From a virus (Duplodnaviria; Caudoviricetes): a DNA stretch of 64,000 bases. Both the position numbers and the translations under genes were made by a program. Each line of letters opens with the position of its first letter. The stretch's first letter is position 1. The notes below the pieces were generated by a model that ran no database searches, was not told where the DNA came from, and saw only the letters and a program-made list of their open reading frames with translations. The DNA lies in the IMG/VR virus record IMGVR_UViG_3300043104_000334, one strand, 5' to 3'. Positions 9,856 to 18,826 of this stretch are shown piece after piece.

Positions 9856-9870
9856 CTATTACACCTCCTT

Positions 9871-10800
9871 TTAGATATAGTATGATTCGATGTACTCCAT
9901 GAGCATATCCTCAAGATGTCCTGTATCAAGCTGTTTATTCCAGTCCTGCACATAGTAAGCCCACTTGTTAGCATCGATGTCTGTCTCAATGTCATTGAGT
10001 TCTTCATAGTCAATAAGCAAAGGGCACAAAATATTAAATGTCCTAAGGATATTGTGTCCACCCGGAAACATCGGATTATTTGTTATAGCCTGCTTAATAT
10101 ACTGCCGACATAAATCTAAATCCCCCAACTTTCTGAAATCAGATGTAGGGACAACTGCATCAAACAAAGGCGCAAATTCTTTTCCGATACCGGGTATATT
10201 ATCTGAAACATCACCTGCATACAATTTATGCATCATGCACGTATTATACCAGATGTATTCCCCTTTCTTTATAACATTTGGATAGGAGATAATATCAATC
10301 TCCTTACCCTTATCCCCAACCATTGCAATACTAACATTTTCACTCACTAAGAACGATAAATCACTATCCTTAGTATGAATGTAAATGTGCTCATAGTCGT
10401 CTTTGAAATACTGTACCAATGAATAAATAACATCATCAGCCTCATATGTATCAACAGATTGGACAGCAAATCCTATATCACGTAAAATCTGTTCAGCATA
10501 TCTTTGCTGCCCAGTTATGTCAATCGTCTTTGGCGGACGGTTTGCTTTATAACCATCCCAACCGAAGACCTGCTGATACATATCTTTCTTTATCTCCGGT
10601 ATTCTATCAAATACCGGAATGACCTCGTCATTATCGCTTATCAATGAAGCAATCTGGCGTATAAGAAATCTTACTCCACCAATAGGTGCTTCATTCGCCT
10701 CGTATGTTCCATTACTTTCTCTTACACCACGTGCGATACTTTTGTTTGAAAACGCACCAGCATAAATGTAATTGCTACAATCTAAAATGTGTAGGTTCAT
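9871..10800 (-). CDS. Stand-alone 5'-3' exonuclease / flap endonuclease (PolI N-terminal-like)
   Basis: ILDCSN, YKANR, YEADDVI, DSDL, GDVSDNIPGIG motifs. Confidence 0.9.
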   Translation of the reverse strand: MNLHILDCSNYIYAGAFSNKSIARGVRESNGTYEANEAPIGGVRFLIRQIASLISDNDEVIPVFDRIPEIKKDMYQQVFGWDGYKANRPPKTIDITGQQRYAEQILRDIGFAVQSVDTYEADDVIYSLVQYFKDDYEHIYIHTKDSDLSFLVSENVSIAMVGDKGKEIDIISYPNVIKKGEYIWYNTCMMHKLYAGDVSDNIPGIGKEFAPLFDAVVPTSDFRKLGDLDLCRQYIKQAITNNPMFPGGHNILRTFNILCPLLIDYEELNDIETDIDANKWAYYVQDWNKQLDTGHLEDMLMEYIESYYI

Positions 10801-10803
10801 CTC

Positions 10804-11493
10804 TTACAGTCTCCTCCATGTGACAGGACTCTGTCCGGACTCTAATTTGGGAATTAAGAAATCCAGTCCTTTAAGGATATTCCGAAGTTTATCCTTTTTG
10901 TAAATAGCCTTTCTAAGAACAGTAGGCTTATTCACATTATAATTACCATTCTTGAACTTGTTCTTGTTCTTGTTGATTTTACTTATGAGACCTAAAACAA
11001 CAGGGTCACCATCTGCTTCCTGACTCATAAGCTTAACAACACGTTCAAGATTGTCATTGTCAAGCTTTGCTGTATAAGCAGTCTTTTTCTTTACACCTGA
11101 CGACTCAGATGAACTGCCGAAGTACTCTTTAACAAAGTCCTCATCATCAGACAAAAGTTCAATGATAAGTTTCCGATACATTTTGAGTGTATCTAAGTCA
11201 GTTGAAGCTGACACATCACTATATTGTAATGCAGCCAATGTATCAGCCAAACTTTTTGCTTCATCGCTCTCAAGATAGGCATTTACATCATTTGTCTCCT
11301 TATAGATTCTTTCGAGCTTAAGAGCTGCCTCCCTATCATTCTGCACCTGTGAATTTTTGTTTTTCTCTACGAACTCATTTATACTCTCAAGTATAATACC
11401 AGTGGAAATTTCCGTTAATAACTCGAGAATATTATCAGGAAGTGCAAGTACTTCATCAACTGTGAGTATCGTTGGTAAAACATATTTAGACAT
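10804..11493 (-). CDS. Hypothetical protein
   Basis: Start placed at MSKYV, overlapping the upstream stop. Confidence 0.65.
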   Translation of the reverse strand: MSKYVLPTILTVDEVLALPDNILELLTEISTGIILESINEFVEKNKNSQVQNDREAALKLERIYKETNDVNAYLESDEAKSLADTLAALQYSDVSASTDLDTLKMYRKLIIELLSDDEDFVKEYFGSSSESSGVKKKTAYTAKLDNDNLERVVKLMSQEADGDPVVLGLISKINKNKNKFKNGNYNVNKPTVLRKAIYKKDKLRNILKGLDFLIPKLESGQSPVTWRRL

Positions 11494-12103
11494 AATCCTC
11501 ACGCTCCACTTCTCTGTATGAACCATCAGCCAATGCAACCATAGGGTGATAGTCATGCAGTTCTAATACACCATCAGAGAGGAACTGTCCAAAAGACAAC
11601 TCATTTCGTCCCTCTCCAATGCCTGTACATATCTTAATTGATTTGATAGGTGCCGGTCCAGTTGACCCCTTTAACTCAACATATAAGTTATCCTTATCAG
11701 AATACATTATACGATTGAGTCTGAATAATCTGTTGCCATTACTAAACCGGATACTTTTGCGTATAGCAGAGATTTTATCCACATTATACGCCCTTGTATT
11801 TTCAATAAACACCACATTGGATGTGTCTCGTATAGGAGACATTTCTTCTGACTTAGGATTCCAAATATAAAACCCATCTGTATACACAACATATCCTAAG
11901 AACTTTGAATCGTTCTTTCTGCATACAAAGTCAAACTCAAAGAACTCTTTAGAATCCATTCCCCTTGCAATTGTCTTTGTTAACAATATTGGGGAGTTAG
12001 GCCTATTACACAATATGGTTTGTCTACTGTTAATACATACCGGAGCATCCTCAGCACAGAAGTATACCATCTTGTTCTTTAACGTCTGTCCTCTTAAAAT
12101 CAT
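11486..12103 (-). CDS. Hypothetical protein
   Basis: Overlapping start/stop coupling with neighbours. Confidence 0.65.
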   Translation of the reverse strand: MILRGQTLKNKMVYFCAEDAPVCINSRQTILCNRPNSPILLTKTIARGMDSKEFFEFDFVCRKNDSKFLGYVVYTDGFYIWNPKSEEMSPIRDTSNVVFIENTRAYNVDKISAIRKSIRFSNGNRLFRLNRIMYSDKDNLYVELKGSTGPAPIKSIKICTGIGEGRNELSFGQFLSDGVLELHDYHPMVALADGSYREVEREDYV

Positions 12104-12429
12104 AGAAATTCTCCAAATTCTGTTAAGTCAATATCTTCCGGATTTACGTTTATTAAGTAATCAAGTGGAACAGTTTCACTAGAGTCAAGGAAGATAGAGT
12201 AGAACTTATTTATATACTGAGAAAGATTATGTGCAACTACTACTGTCTTTTCAAGTCGATTGTGAGTCTCTGCCACTGAAACTAAATTCTCATCTAGTCT
12301 CACCTGATAAGATTTATTATCAAACTCGGTGGCATCTACCATTACCAAATCATTGATAACGTTCAACACAGACCCGTTAAGAATGCTATAGGCGTCCATT
12401 ATATTTACCATATGTCTCCACCTTCCCAT
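12100..12429 (-). CDS. Hypothetical protein
   Basis: In operon; start may be the internal MVNI. Confidence 0.55.
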   Translation of the reverse strand: MGRWRHMVNIMDAYSILNGSVLNVINDLVMVDATEFDNKSYQVRLDENLVSVAETHNRLEKTVVVAHNLSQYINKFYSIFLDSSETVPLDYLINVNPEDIDLTEFGEFL

Positions 12430-13775
12430 TGTCTCAGTTTCAATATTATTTCACCATAACTCTTTCCGTATAGCTGCGACTTCCTATCTTGTGACAAATA
12501 TAAGAATTTGTTCTTTGGTTTGACAGAATCAGTCTTATTATCCCTTACTAACTCCTGATACACAATCGAGTGCAATGTCTGAATAATTCTATCAGTTGAC
12601 AAATTCGTAATGTCCTGCAATCGACCAATGACATCAGCACATGAATTTGCGTGTAACGTAGATACAACACGTTTACCCGTATTTGTTACACGCATTATAG
12701 ATGTGGCCGTTGTATCACCAGTCTCAGTGATATACACAATATCTGGATTCTGTCGCAATAAGGAATTAATATTTAAATCATATTCTTCCTCATCATTACA
12801 GTTAATCTGTTCAACACCCTCAAGCTCCTGCTCAACAGGCATCTCGATTGATACAACTTTATACTTGTCTTCAATAGTCCACTCTCTCAGACATGCTAAT
12901 GCTGTAGTATTCTTTCCTGACATGGTTGACCCAACAATAAGCCGTAAGCCAAGTTCTCTGTTCATAAAGCAATCTCTAAAGAACTTTACAGTTTCCTTAG
13001 TAAGATTTAAATCCTCAAGACTCTTGTCAAATGCCGCGTTAGGTAACAACCGTATTGTTATTTCGTAGCCATGATATTTGTGATTGATACATACACGACC
13101 ACGATAATAATCATTTAAAGAAACACCAACATACTTAGGATGATTTGTTGAATCATCCATAGGTGACTCACAACACAGAAGCTTTATGATATCCTCAATA
13201 TTATCAGCTGACAGAATACGCTGTGAGTATACTTTGTTCTTCCGAACATTGTAATAAACATTAGCAGACTTTCCAACAGATGATATCGTAATATCAGATG
13301 CATCTAATGCAATACCCTCATTGATAATACTATCAATAAGCTGTCTTGCGGGCATGTCAAGTAAATCAGGATGTGGGCCATATTTCTTCACATACTCTTG
13401 AAAGTAGTTATAGATTGGCGTGTACACAACTTCTACTCGCCTGTTTTCCATTGGCTTATAATTAGAACCAAGCTCAGGCAGTGAGACGCATGTGACCACA
13501 CCACGCATAGGGCTGAATGATACAGGCACAACATTAGAACCGATAAAATGTCTTACGATGTCATCTGGTATATAAGACATTGCTGGAATGTATAAGTCTT
13601 CTTCCTCAGCCCTTTCACATAGTTCGTATATCTTTTCATTGCTCAATAAACGCTGTTCATACAATGCAAGAGCTTCAGCACACTTATATTTGGTCTTGTC
13701 GCGTAAACGCAAATCCGTGTATGATTCTATCTCATGGATAGTCTCCACAGGAACAATACCATTTAAATTAAGCAT
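12405..13775 (-). CDS. GspE/PilB/PilT-family secretion or pilus ATPase
   Basis: ITIRLL, Walker A GSTMSGKNT, SIEMPVE Asp box, LRQNPDIVYITE Walker B, STLHANS His box. Confidence 0.88.
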   Translation of the reverse strand: MLNLNGIVPVETIHEIESYTDLRLRDKTKYKCAEALALYEQRLLSNEKIYELCERAEEEDLYIPAMSYIPDDIVRHFIGSNVVPVSFSPMRGVVTCVSLPELGSNYKPMENRRVEVVYTPIYNYFQEYVKKYGPHPDLLDMPARQLIDSIINEGIALDASDITISSVGKSANVYYNVRKNKVYSQRILSADNIEDIIKLLCCESPMDDSTNHPKYVGVSLNDYYRGRVCINHKYHGYEITIRLLPNAAFDKSLEDLNLTKETVKFFRDCFMNRELGLRLIVGSTMSGKNTTALACLREWTIEDKYKVVSIEMPVEQELEGVEQINCNDEEEYDLNINSLLRQNPDIVYITETGDTTATSIMRVTNTGKRVVSTLHANSCADVIGRLQDITNLSTDRIIQTLHSIVYQELVRDNKTDSVKPKNKFLYLSQDRKSQLYGKSYGEIILKLRQWEGGDIW

Positions 13776-15777
13776 GTCTGATTACTTCCTCCATTGTTAA
13801 ATCAACCTTACTGATACCATATGGGTCATACCCATTGAGTCCTGCATCAATGATTGCAGGCACACTCGGGACTGTACAAACCTGATAATCCATCTGGTCA
13901 TCAAGCCCGAGCTTTTTGATGATGGTCCGGATAGGTGTATCACACCGATTGATAATCACACGCCGTGCAACATTCGGAACTGTACAGGAATCGATTGTAT
14001 TCCGCATTCTTTCAATACGTGGAACGCTCGTGTCGACAATGAAGTTAACAGAAAGGACATCCTGCGCAATTGTCTGGAATAACATCTGCTGTTCCGGGTC
14101 GATAACAACATTGATGTACCGGTAGTAATCTGCCGCTTTGTAAAGCGCAGTTACAATCTTCTGTGCAACCTCAACCGTATTGTCAACCTTTCCAGATACC
14201 AACATAAACTCACGCTGAGTGTTATCGATAAGAAATTGATCAACGTTTGTGTACAGAATCTTGTACTGTGTATACTTCGCCGTTCCGGTGAGGTCAAGCA
14301 GCAACACGTTTGCATTCTGGCGTGATTTGTACTTAGAGATAAGATACGGAATAATTGTTCTTCCGACTCCTTCCTCTCCAACGTAAACACGTACCGCTTT
14401 CTTGAGCAGGCTGTTCGCAGAGTCAACTGTCTCCTCAATATTATTTGACTTGAGGTATGCAATCATTTGCTGCTGTGCTGCGATAATCTCATTGTCGACT
14501 TCAAGCATCTTGCTGAGTGTCTGCATTGTACTTACAACAGTCAGCTTAAGCTTCTTGAACGTTTCTGGAGCCTTGGTTGTACCAAGTTCCATAGCACCAC
14601 GGATTGCGTCAATTGTACTCTCGGACAGAACCATCCCACCCTCAGCCTTAAGCTTCGCGTTAATGAAATCATTACCGGTAGGGTCATTCGACTCCTTTGC
14701 AATGTCCGTTGCGGTCGTAACGATAAGCTGATCGGTAGCCTTGTAAATCTCATTGATGTTTACTTCAAGCGTACCGAGCTCTGTGATGAGGTTTGCACGC
14801 TCCTCATTGATTCCGGATAACCGAGCACTGTTTACGTCAAAGTCCTTTTCGGTATAAGACCGACGGATTGCTGCATTGATTTCATCAAGACGTGACTGTA
14901 ACAGAGAAGAGGTCTGCTCACAGATTGTCTCAACAACTTCTTCAAGACGCTGCTCAATGAGAGTGTCTCCCTTTGCACGGAAGAATGCCTTGTCATGAAG
15001 AAGCGCACGAATCTTTGACAGCTTTACATCGAGAGACTTGATTTGACTGTCTCCCATGATAAGGAAGATAGACTCATTGAGAGACTTAAGCTTCTCTTCG
15101 ATGCCGGCATAGGTGCTGTTTGTTTCATACAGGTCTTTGATAATGCTCGTTGCTGTCATCTCACGCATGACAATACTGGCATCGCCAACCGAGTTTGTAT
15201 GTTCGATACGATCAACAAGACCTGACTTCTTCTCTTCAACGACAGGTTCTGGTTCCGGTTCCGGTTCGATACTTGGTACCGGAAGCTCCTCCGGCTCGCT
15301 GTTCTGCTCAGGCTGCTCTTCATACTGTTCTGGCTGTGGTTCACTGTAAGTCTCTGGTGGAACATAATCCGGAATGGTAAGCGGCTCCTGCACCTGTCTC
15401 TCAACGGCATCTGTAACTGTTGTCTGTGCGATTACTGCTGAAATTGTCTGAACGATATCCTGCGTCTTTGGCTTTTGCAAAATAGCATCAAGCCCCTGTA
15501 GACCGTTCTGGTAGATAGGCTTTGAACTCTTATTGATAAAGATAACCTTTGTCGCCGGATGCTTTGTGAGCAGTGCCTGCTCGAACTTGTCCTTAAGGTT
15601 CTTAGCCGAGATATCTTCATTTGTAACAATGTACGCCTGTCGTGGCGGATTCATTACCGTTGGATCCAGAGCAAACTGGTCCAACATTTTACCGATTGCA
15701 ATAACCACAGTCTTATCTTTACCAAGACTGCGCTTAAGCATCATATCTGACTTGCTTGTAGAAATGATCATGATCAA
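13768..15777 (-). CDS. Multidomain protein: receiver-like N-terminus, Pro/Glu linker, coiled coil, degenerate MinD/CpaE-like P-loop
   Basis: VIFIN...GLDAILQKP receiver-like; GEEGVGRT and NVLLLDL MinD-like; coupled to the ATPase gene. Confidence 0.55.
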   Translation of the reverse strand: MIMIISTSKSDMMLKRSLGKDKTVVIAIGKMLDQFALDPTVMNPPRQAYIVTNEDISAKNLKDKFEQALLTKHPATKVIFINKSSKPIYQNGLQGLDAILQKPKTQDIVQTISAVIAQTTVTDAVERQVQEPLTIPDYVPPETYSEPQPEQYEEQPEQNSEPEELPVPSIEPEPEPEPVVEEKKSGLVDRIEHTNSVGDASIVMREMTATSIIKDLYETNSTYAGIEEKLKSLNESIFLIMGDSQIKSLDVKLSKIRALLHDKAFFRAKGDTLIEQRLEEVVETICEQTSSLLQSRLDEINAAIRRSYTEKDFDVNSARLSGINEERANLITELGTLEVNINEIYKATDQLIVTTATDIAKESNDPTGNDFINAKLKAEGGMVLSESTIDAIRGAMELGTTKAPETFKKLKLTVVSTMQTLSKMLEVDNEIIAAQQQMIAYLKSNNIEETVDSANSLLKKAVRVYVGEEGVGRTIIPYLISKYKSRQNANVLLLDLTGTAKYTQYKILYTNVDQFLIDNTQREFMLVSGKVDNTVEVAQKIVTALYKAADYYRYINVVIDPEQQMLFQTIAQDVLSVNFIVDTSVPRIERMRNTIDSCTVPNVARRVIINRCDTPIRTIIKKLGLDDQMDYQVCTVPSVPAIIDAGLNGYDPYGISKVDLTMEEVIRHA

Positions 15778-15785
15778 ACTCTCCT

Positions 15786-16577
15786 TTAATAAACGTCAAT
15801 AATTTTGTATGTTAATAAGACACCAGTTGAATCATGCCGTATGCTAACTGAATCACCTTTCTGCTTACCCATGATTGCTCTAGCCACCCTAGCATTAGCC
15901 GCCATGACACCAATATCAATGAATGCTACTCCATCAGGATAAATACGGTATGTCATTGTTTTACCATTCATCTCCATCCTAACAGTAGAGTATGGAACAA
16001 CAATACCACATGTATTATATCTTGGCATAAGCACGACACTAAGGAATCCTGCTAACGACTGTAAGCAATCATCCTCATCGATATTATACTTAGCTTTAAT
16101 CCAAGACTGGTACGCTTTGCATACGGCGGCAACCTCTGTAATACTCATATTACGAAGCTTTTCTTTCAACGCTTCAGTTCCCGTGACTCCCGCAGCCTTA
16201 AACAGCTGTTCTTTATCTTCTTCCGGCATCTTAATGATAGCCGTCTCCAAATCTGTAAAATCGTACGTACCAATAAGGTACTCAACATCTTCCAACCTAT
16301 CCATAATCTGGAGTACCCTTGCATTACTCCCAATCTCACCAGTAACCATTTTTAAGTTCTGAATGGCCGCCTCTAATGGGGCGTTCTCTGATGCATCTCC
16401 GTCCGCATATGCAAGAACGTAGGCCTCCTCATATTTCTTTTTGTCTTCGAATAATTGCTTCTTAGATTTCTCTAAGTCATCCCTAGCTTTAATTAATGCA
16501 TTCGATATCATACTCGCCGCTTCTTGTAATGACACAGAGTTTAACGCTTTTTGATTATTCATATTACCTCCACTCAT
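15786..16577 (-). CDS. GreA/GreB-family transcription elongation factor with a large insertion
   Basis: GDASENA tip motif; C-terminal VARAIMGKQKGDSV. Confidence 0.75.
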   Translation of the reverse strand: MSGGNMNNQKALNSVSLQEAASMISNALIKARDDLEKSKKQLFEDKKKYEEAYVLAYADGDASENAPLEAAIQNLKMVTGEIGSNARVLQIMDRLEDVEYLIGTYDFTDLETAIIKMPEEDKEQLFKAAGVTGTEALKEKLRNMSITEVAAVCKAYQSWIKAKYNIDEDDCLQSLAGFLSVVLMPRYNTCGIVVPYSTVRMEMNGKTMTYRIYPDGVAFIDIGVMAANARVARAIMGKQKGDSVSIRHDSTGVLLTYKIIDVY

Positions 16578-16580
16578 AAG

Positions 16581-16982
16581 CTATGCATAAGCTACACTTG
16601 ACACCCAGTATTCATCTGGGCTAACTTTTATAACCCATACTTCTTCATAGTCATCTGAGATTTTCATCGTCCTTGATAATGTAAGCTTCACATCCTTGTA
16701 TATGCATTCCTTATGTAATATTATTTGTGTATCACTCTTCTCAGTAATGGTCCATGTAGTGTTCCTAAACCGTTCTTCACTGAAATATCTAGAGGAAGCT
16801 TCAAGTACAATCCATTGCGAAATTGCTAAGCAACAATCTCTTGTGAAATAATCTTTTAGCAAACCAATAGAACGCGTCTCAAAGGCACGTATGTATCTTC
16901 TGTCTGCTTCCTCTAGAAATTCGTACAAGTCGTCAGCGATATCAGTTTGTTTCTGTTTCTTCTTTCCAAACATAATATTCAC
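16581..16982 (-). CDS. Hypothetical protein, Tim44/NTF2-like
   Basis: LKDYFT...YEEVWVI..W pattern. Confidence 0.45.
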   Translation of the reverse strand: MNIMFGKKKQKQTDIADDLYEFLEEADRRYIRAFETRSIGLLKDYFTRDCCLAISQWIVLEASSRYFSEERFRNTTWTITEKSDTQIILHKECIYKDVKLTLSRTMKISDDYEEVWVIKVSPDEYWVSSVAYA

Positions 16983-17011
16983 CTCGTACTTACCGTAATT
17001 GATCGCTTAGG

Positions 17012-17251
17012 TCAATGAACCGGCGGCTGTGTATTCTGCTGGTTCTGAACCGGCGGTGGTGTCTGCACAGTTTGCTGTGTGTTTGACTGAGTTGGTGTTG
17101 TACGGTTCTGTGGCTGAGTATTACCACCATTACCACCGTTGCCACTGCCTCTAGGCGGAGTTGCCATTCCTTTGATAAGCAAAAGGACAGCTGCAACAAC
17201 AATGAGAATCTTCACGATTGTTGCACCATCAAGCGTACTAAGAATATGCAT
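17012..17251 (-). CDS. Small membrane protein with Gln/Pro/Gly-rich tail
   Basis: AAAGGAGG RBS; single TM. Confidence 0.65.
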   Translation of the reverse strand: MHILSTLDGATIVKILIVVAAVLLLIKGMATPPRGSGNGGNGGNTQPQNRTTPTQSNTQQTVQTPPPVQNQQNTQPPVH

Positions 17252-17269
17252 AGTGTAAACCTCCTTTCG

Positions 17270-17887
17270 TTAATTTCGCATTACCAATTTATTATCAAAA
17301 GTCCTATCCAGAAAAACTGGATGCTGACCTTGATAAACAACTGCATAAGCACCATTCTGCAACATATCCTTATACCCTGCATAAGAATAATCAATCCCTG
17401 ACAGGGAATCAATATCAAACTCAGGAATAAGAATACCATCAGTCGTTACAATAGTGCCGTTCGTCTTATCATAAGTAAGACGATAAATACCCGGACAAGA
17501 CCGGTACTGTTTTAACTTTGTTCTCCGATAACCAATGAATGTAAAGTTACCTGAAGAGGGCTTTATAATATCATGTCCTCTATCACTTGTATCCATTGGC
17601 GACCTTAAGAACCTGAAGTATCCATCAAACTGAAGTACATAATAACCAGACGTGTTGAATTCTATTGCCATCGCATAATCTTTGTTTGATAACAGAACAG
17701 CTTCACACATTGCACGCCAGTCTATAGTCTTCTCACGATAACGTGACGAATCATAAGGGTATAATCCTAACACAGAAGTGTCAAAGAATGAAGCCGGCAT
17801 AAACGCAGCTTTGTGTGTATCCTCACTGATGGTAGTGTGAATTACTTCACCATCAGGTATAAGTCTGTAACAGCATATAATATCCAT
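17270..17887 (-). CDS. Hypothetical protein
   Basis: AAGGAGG RBS. Confidence 0.7.
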   Translation of the reverse strand: MDIICCYRLIPDGEVIHTTISEDTHKAAFMPASFFDTSVLGLYPYDSSRYREKTIDWRAMCEAVLLSNKDYAMAIEFNTSGYYVLQFDGYFRFLRSPMDTSDRGHDIIKPSSGNFTFIGYRRTKLKQYRSCPGIYRLTYDKTNGTIVTTDGILIPEFDIDSLSGIDYSYAGYKDMLQNGAYAVVYQGQHPVFLDRTFDNKLVMRN

Positions 17888-17897
17888 AGCACCCTCC

Positions 17898-18482
17898 TTA
17901 CACTTCGATATATCCTGTAGTGTGAATAGGATTTCCGATTATTCTGTATTTACCATTTTCTTCGATGTACACATTAGGAGCCTCTTTCACTAAGCGTGGA
18001 GAGTATCTATTTCCTTTCGCAATATCATCAACGAATAATGGATTATCAACCGGATTGAACTCAATTGGTTCTGGGTCCATTGCACACTCAAGTATATATA
18101 CATTTGAATCAGGTACTGTATAAACTGTACAAGACATCTGGTCTTTAATCTTGGTATACTCATAGTTCACGACAAGTCCGACTGGCAGATGTTGTATCTT
18201 CGAATAGATATCATCTTTACTGAATTTTGTAAATCCAATAACATTCATATCTGCATCAAATCTTGTTACAGTACCATCAAACCGCATAATAGTTGTTCCG
18301 GTTTCGTTCTTAAGATAACACATAATATTACACATAGAATAATCTGTATTATCATATTCATAATCCTCTTTTAAGAACTTGAATCGTACCTTTACTTTGT
18401 TTGAGCCCATATGGATAATGAGTCCTCCATTCTTAACCTCTGTTGGAAAAACTGCTCCGTCTCTCCTGAACTTGAATGACAT
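17898..18482 (-). CDS. Hypothetical protein
   Basis: GGAGGT RBS. Confidence 0.7.
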   Translation of the reverse strand: MSFKFRRDGAVFPTEVKNGGLIIHMGSNKVKVRFKFLKEDYEYDNTDYSMCNIMCYLKNETGTTIMRFDGTVTRFDADMNVIGFTKFSKDDIYSKIQHLPVGLVVNYEYTKIKDQMSCTVYTVPDSNVYILECAMDPEPIEFNPVDNPLFVDDIAKGNRYSPRLVKEAPNVYIEENGKYRIIGNPIHTTGYIEV

Positions 18483-18485
18483 AGA

Positions 18486-18824
18486 TTACCTCCACGTAAG
18501 GATTGTCGCAACTGTCAATATCAGACTGATACATATAAGTACTCCGATACAGATAAATATCCGATTATAAGTCTTTTGTGACTTCACGAAACTATCATGC
18601 TCTTCTGTGTAATCACCACGTACTTCATCAGCGAATGACTGCTTTTGCTGAATCTCTTTAATGGGAACATCTTTTAAGAGTTTCCCATCTAGGTCTCTAC
18701 ACATCATGTGTAATGTACCTTTACCATCAAATTTTAAATCTCTGCTCGATGTATTGTCAGGTAGAGACCCATTTGTAATCTCTACCTGATTGAGCAGGTC
18801 TTCACCTAACTCTACATTAACCAT
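18486..18824 (-). CDS. C-terminally membrane-anchored hypothetical protein
   Basis: C-terminal hydrophobic helix. Confidence 0.65.
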   Translation of the reverse strand: MVNVELGEDLLNQVEITNGSLPDNTSSRDLKFDGKGTLHMMCRDLDGKLLKDVPIKEIQQKQSFADEVRGDYTEEHDSFVKSQKTYNRIFICIGVLICISLILTVATILTWR

Positions 18825-18826
18825 CT

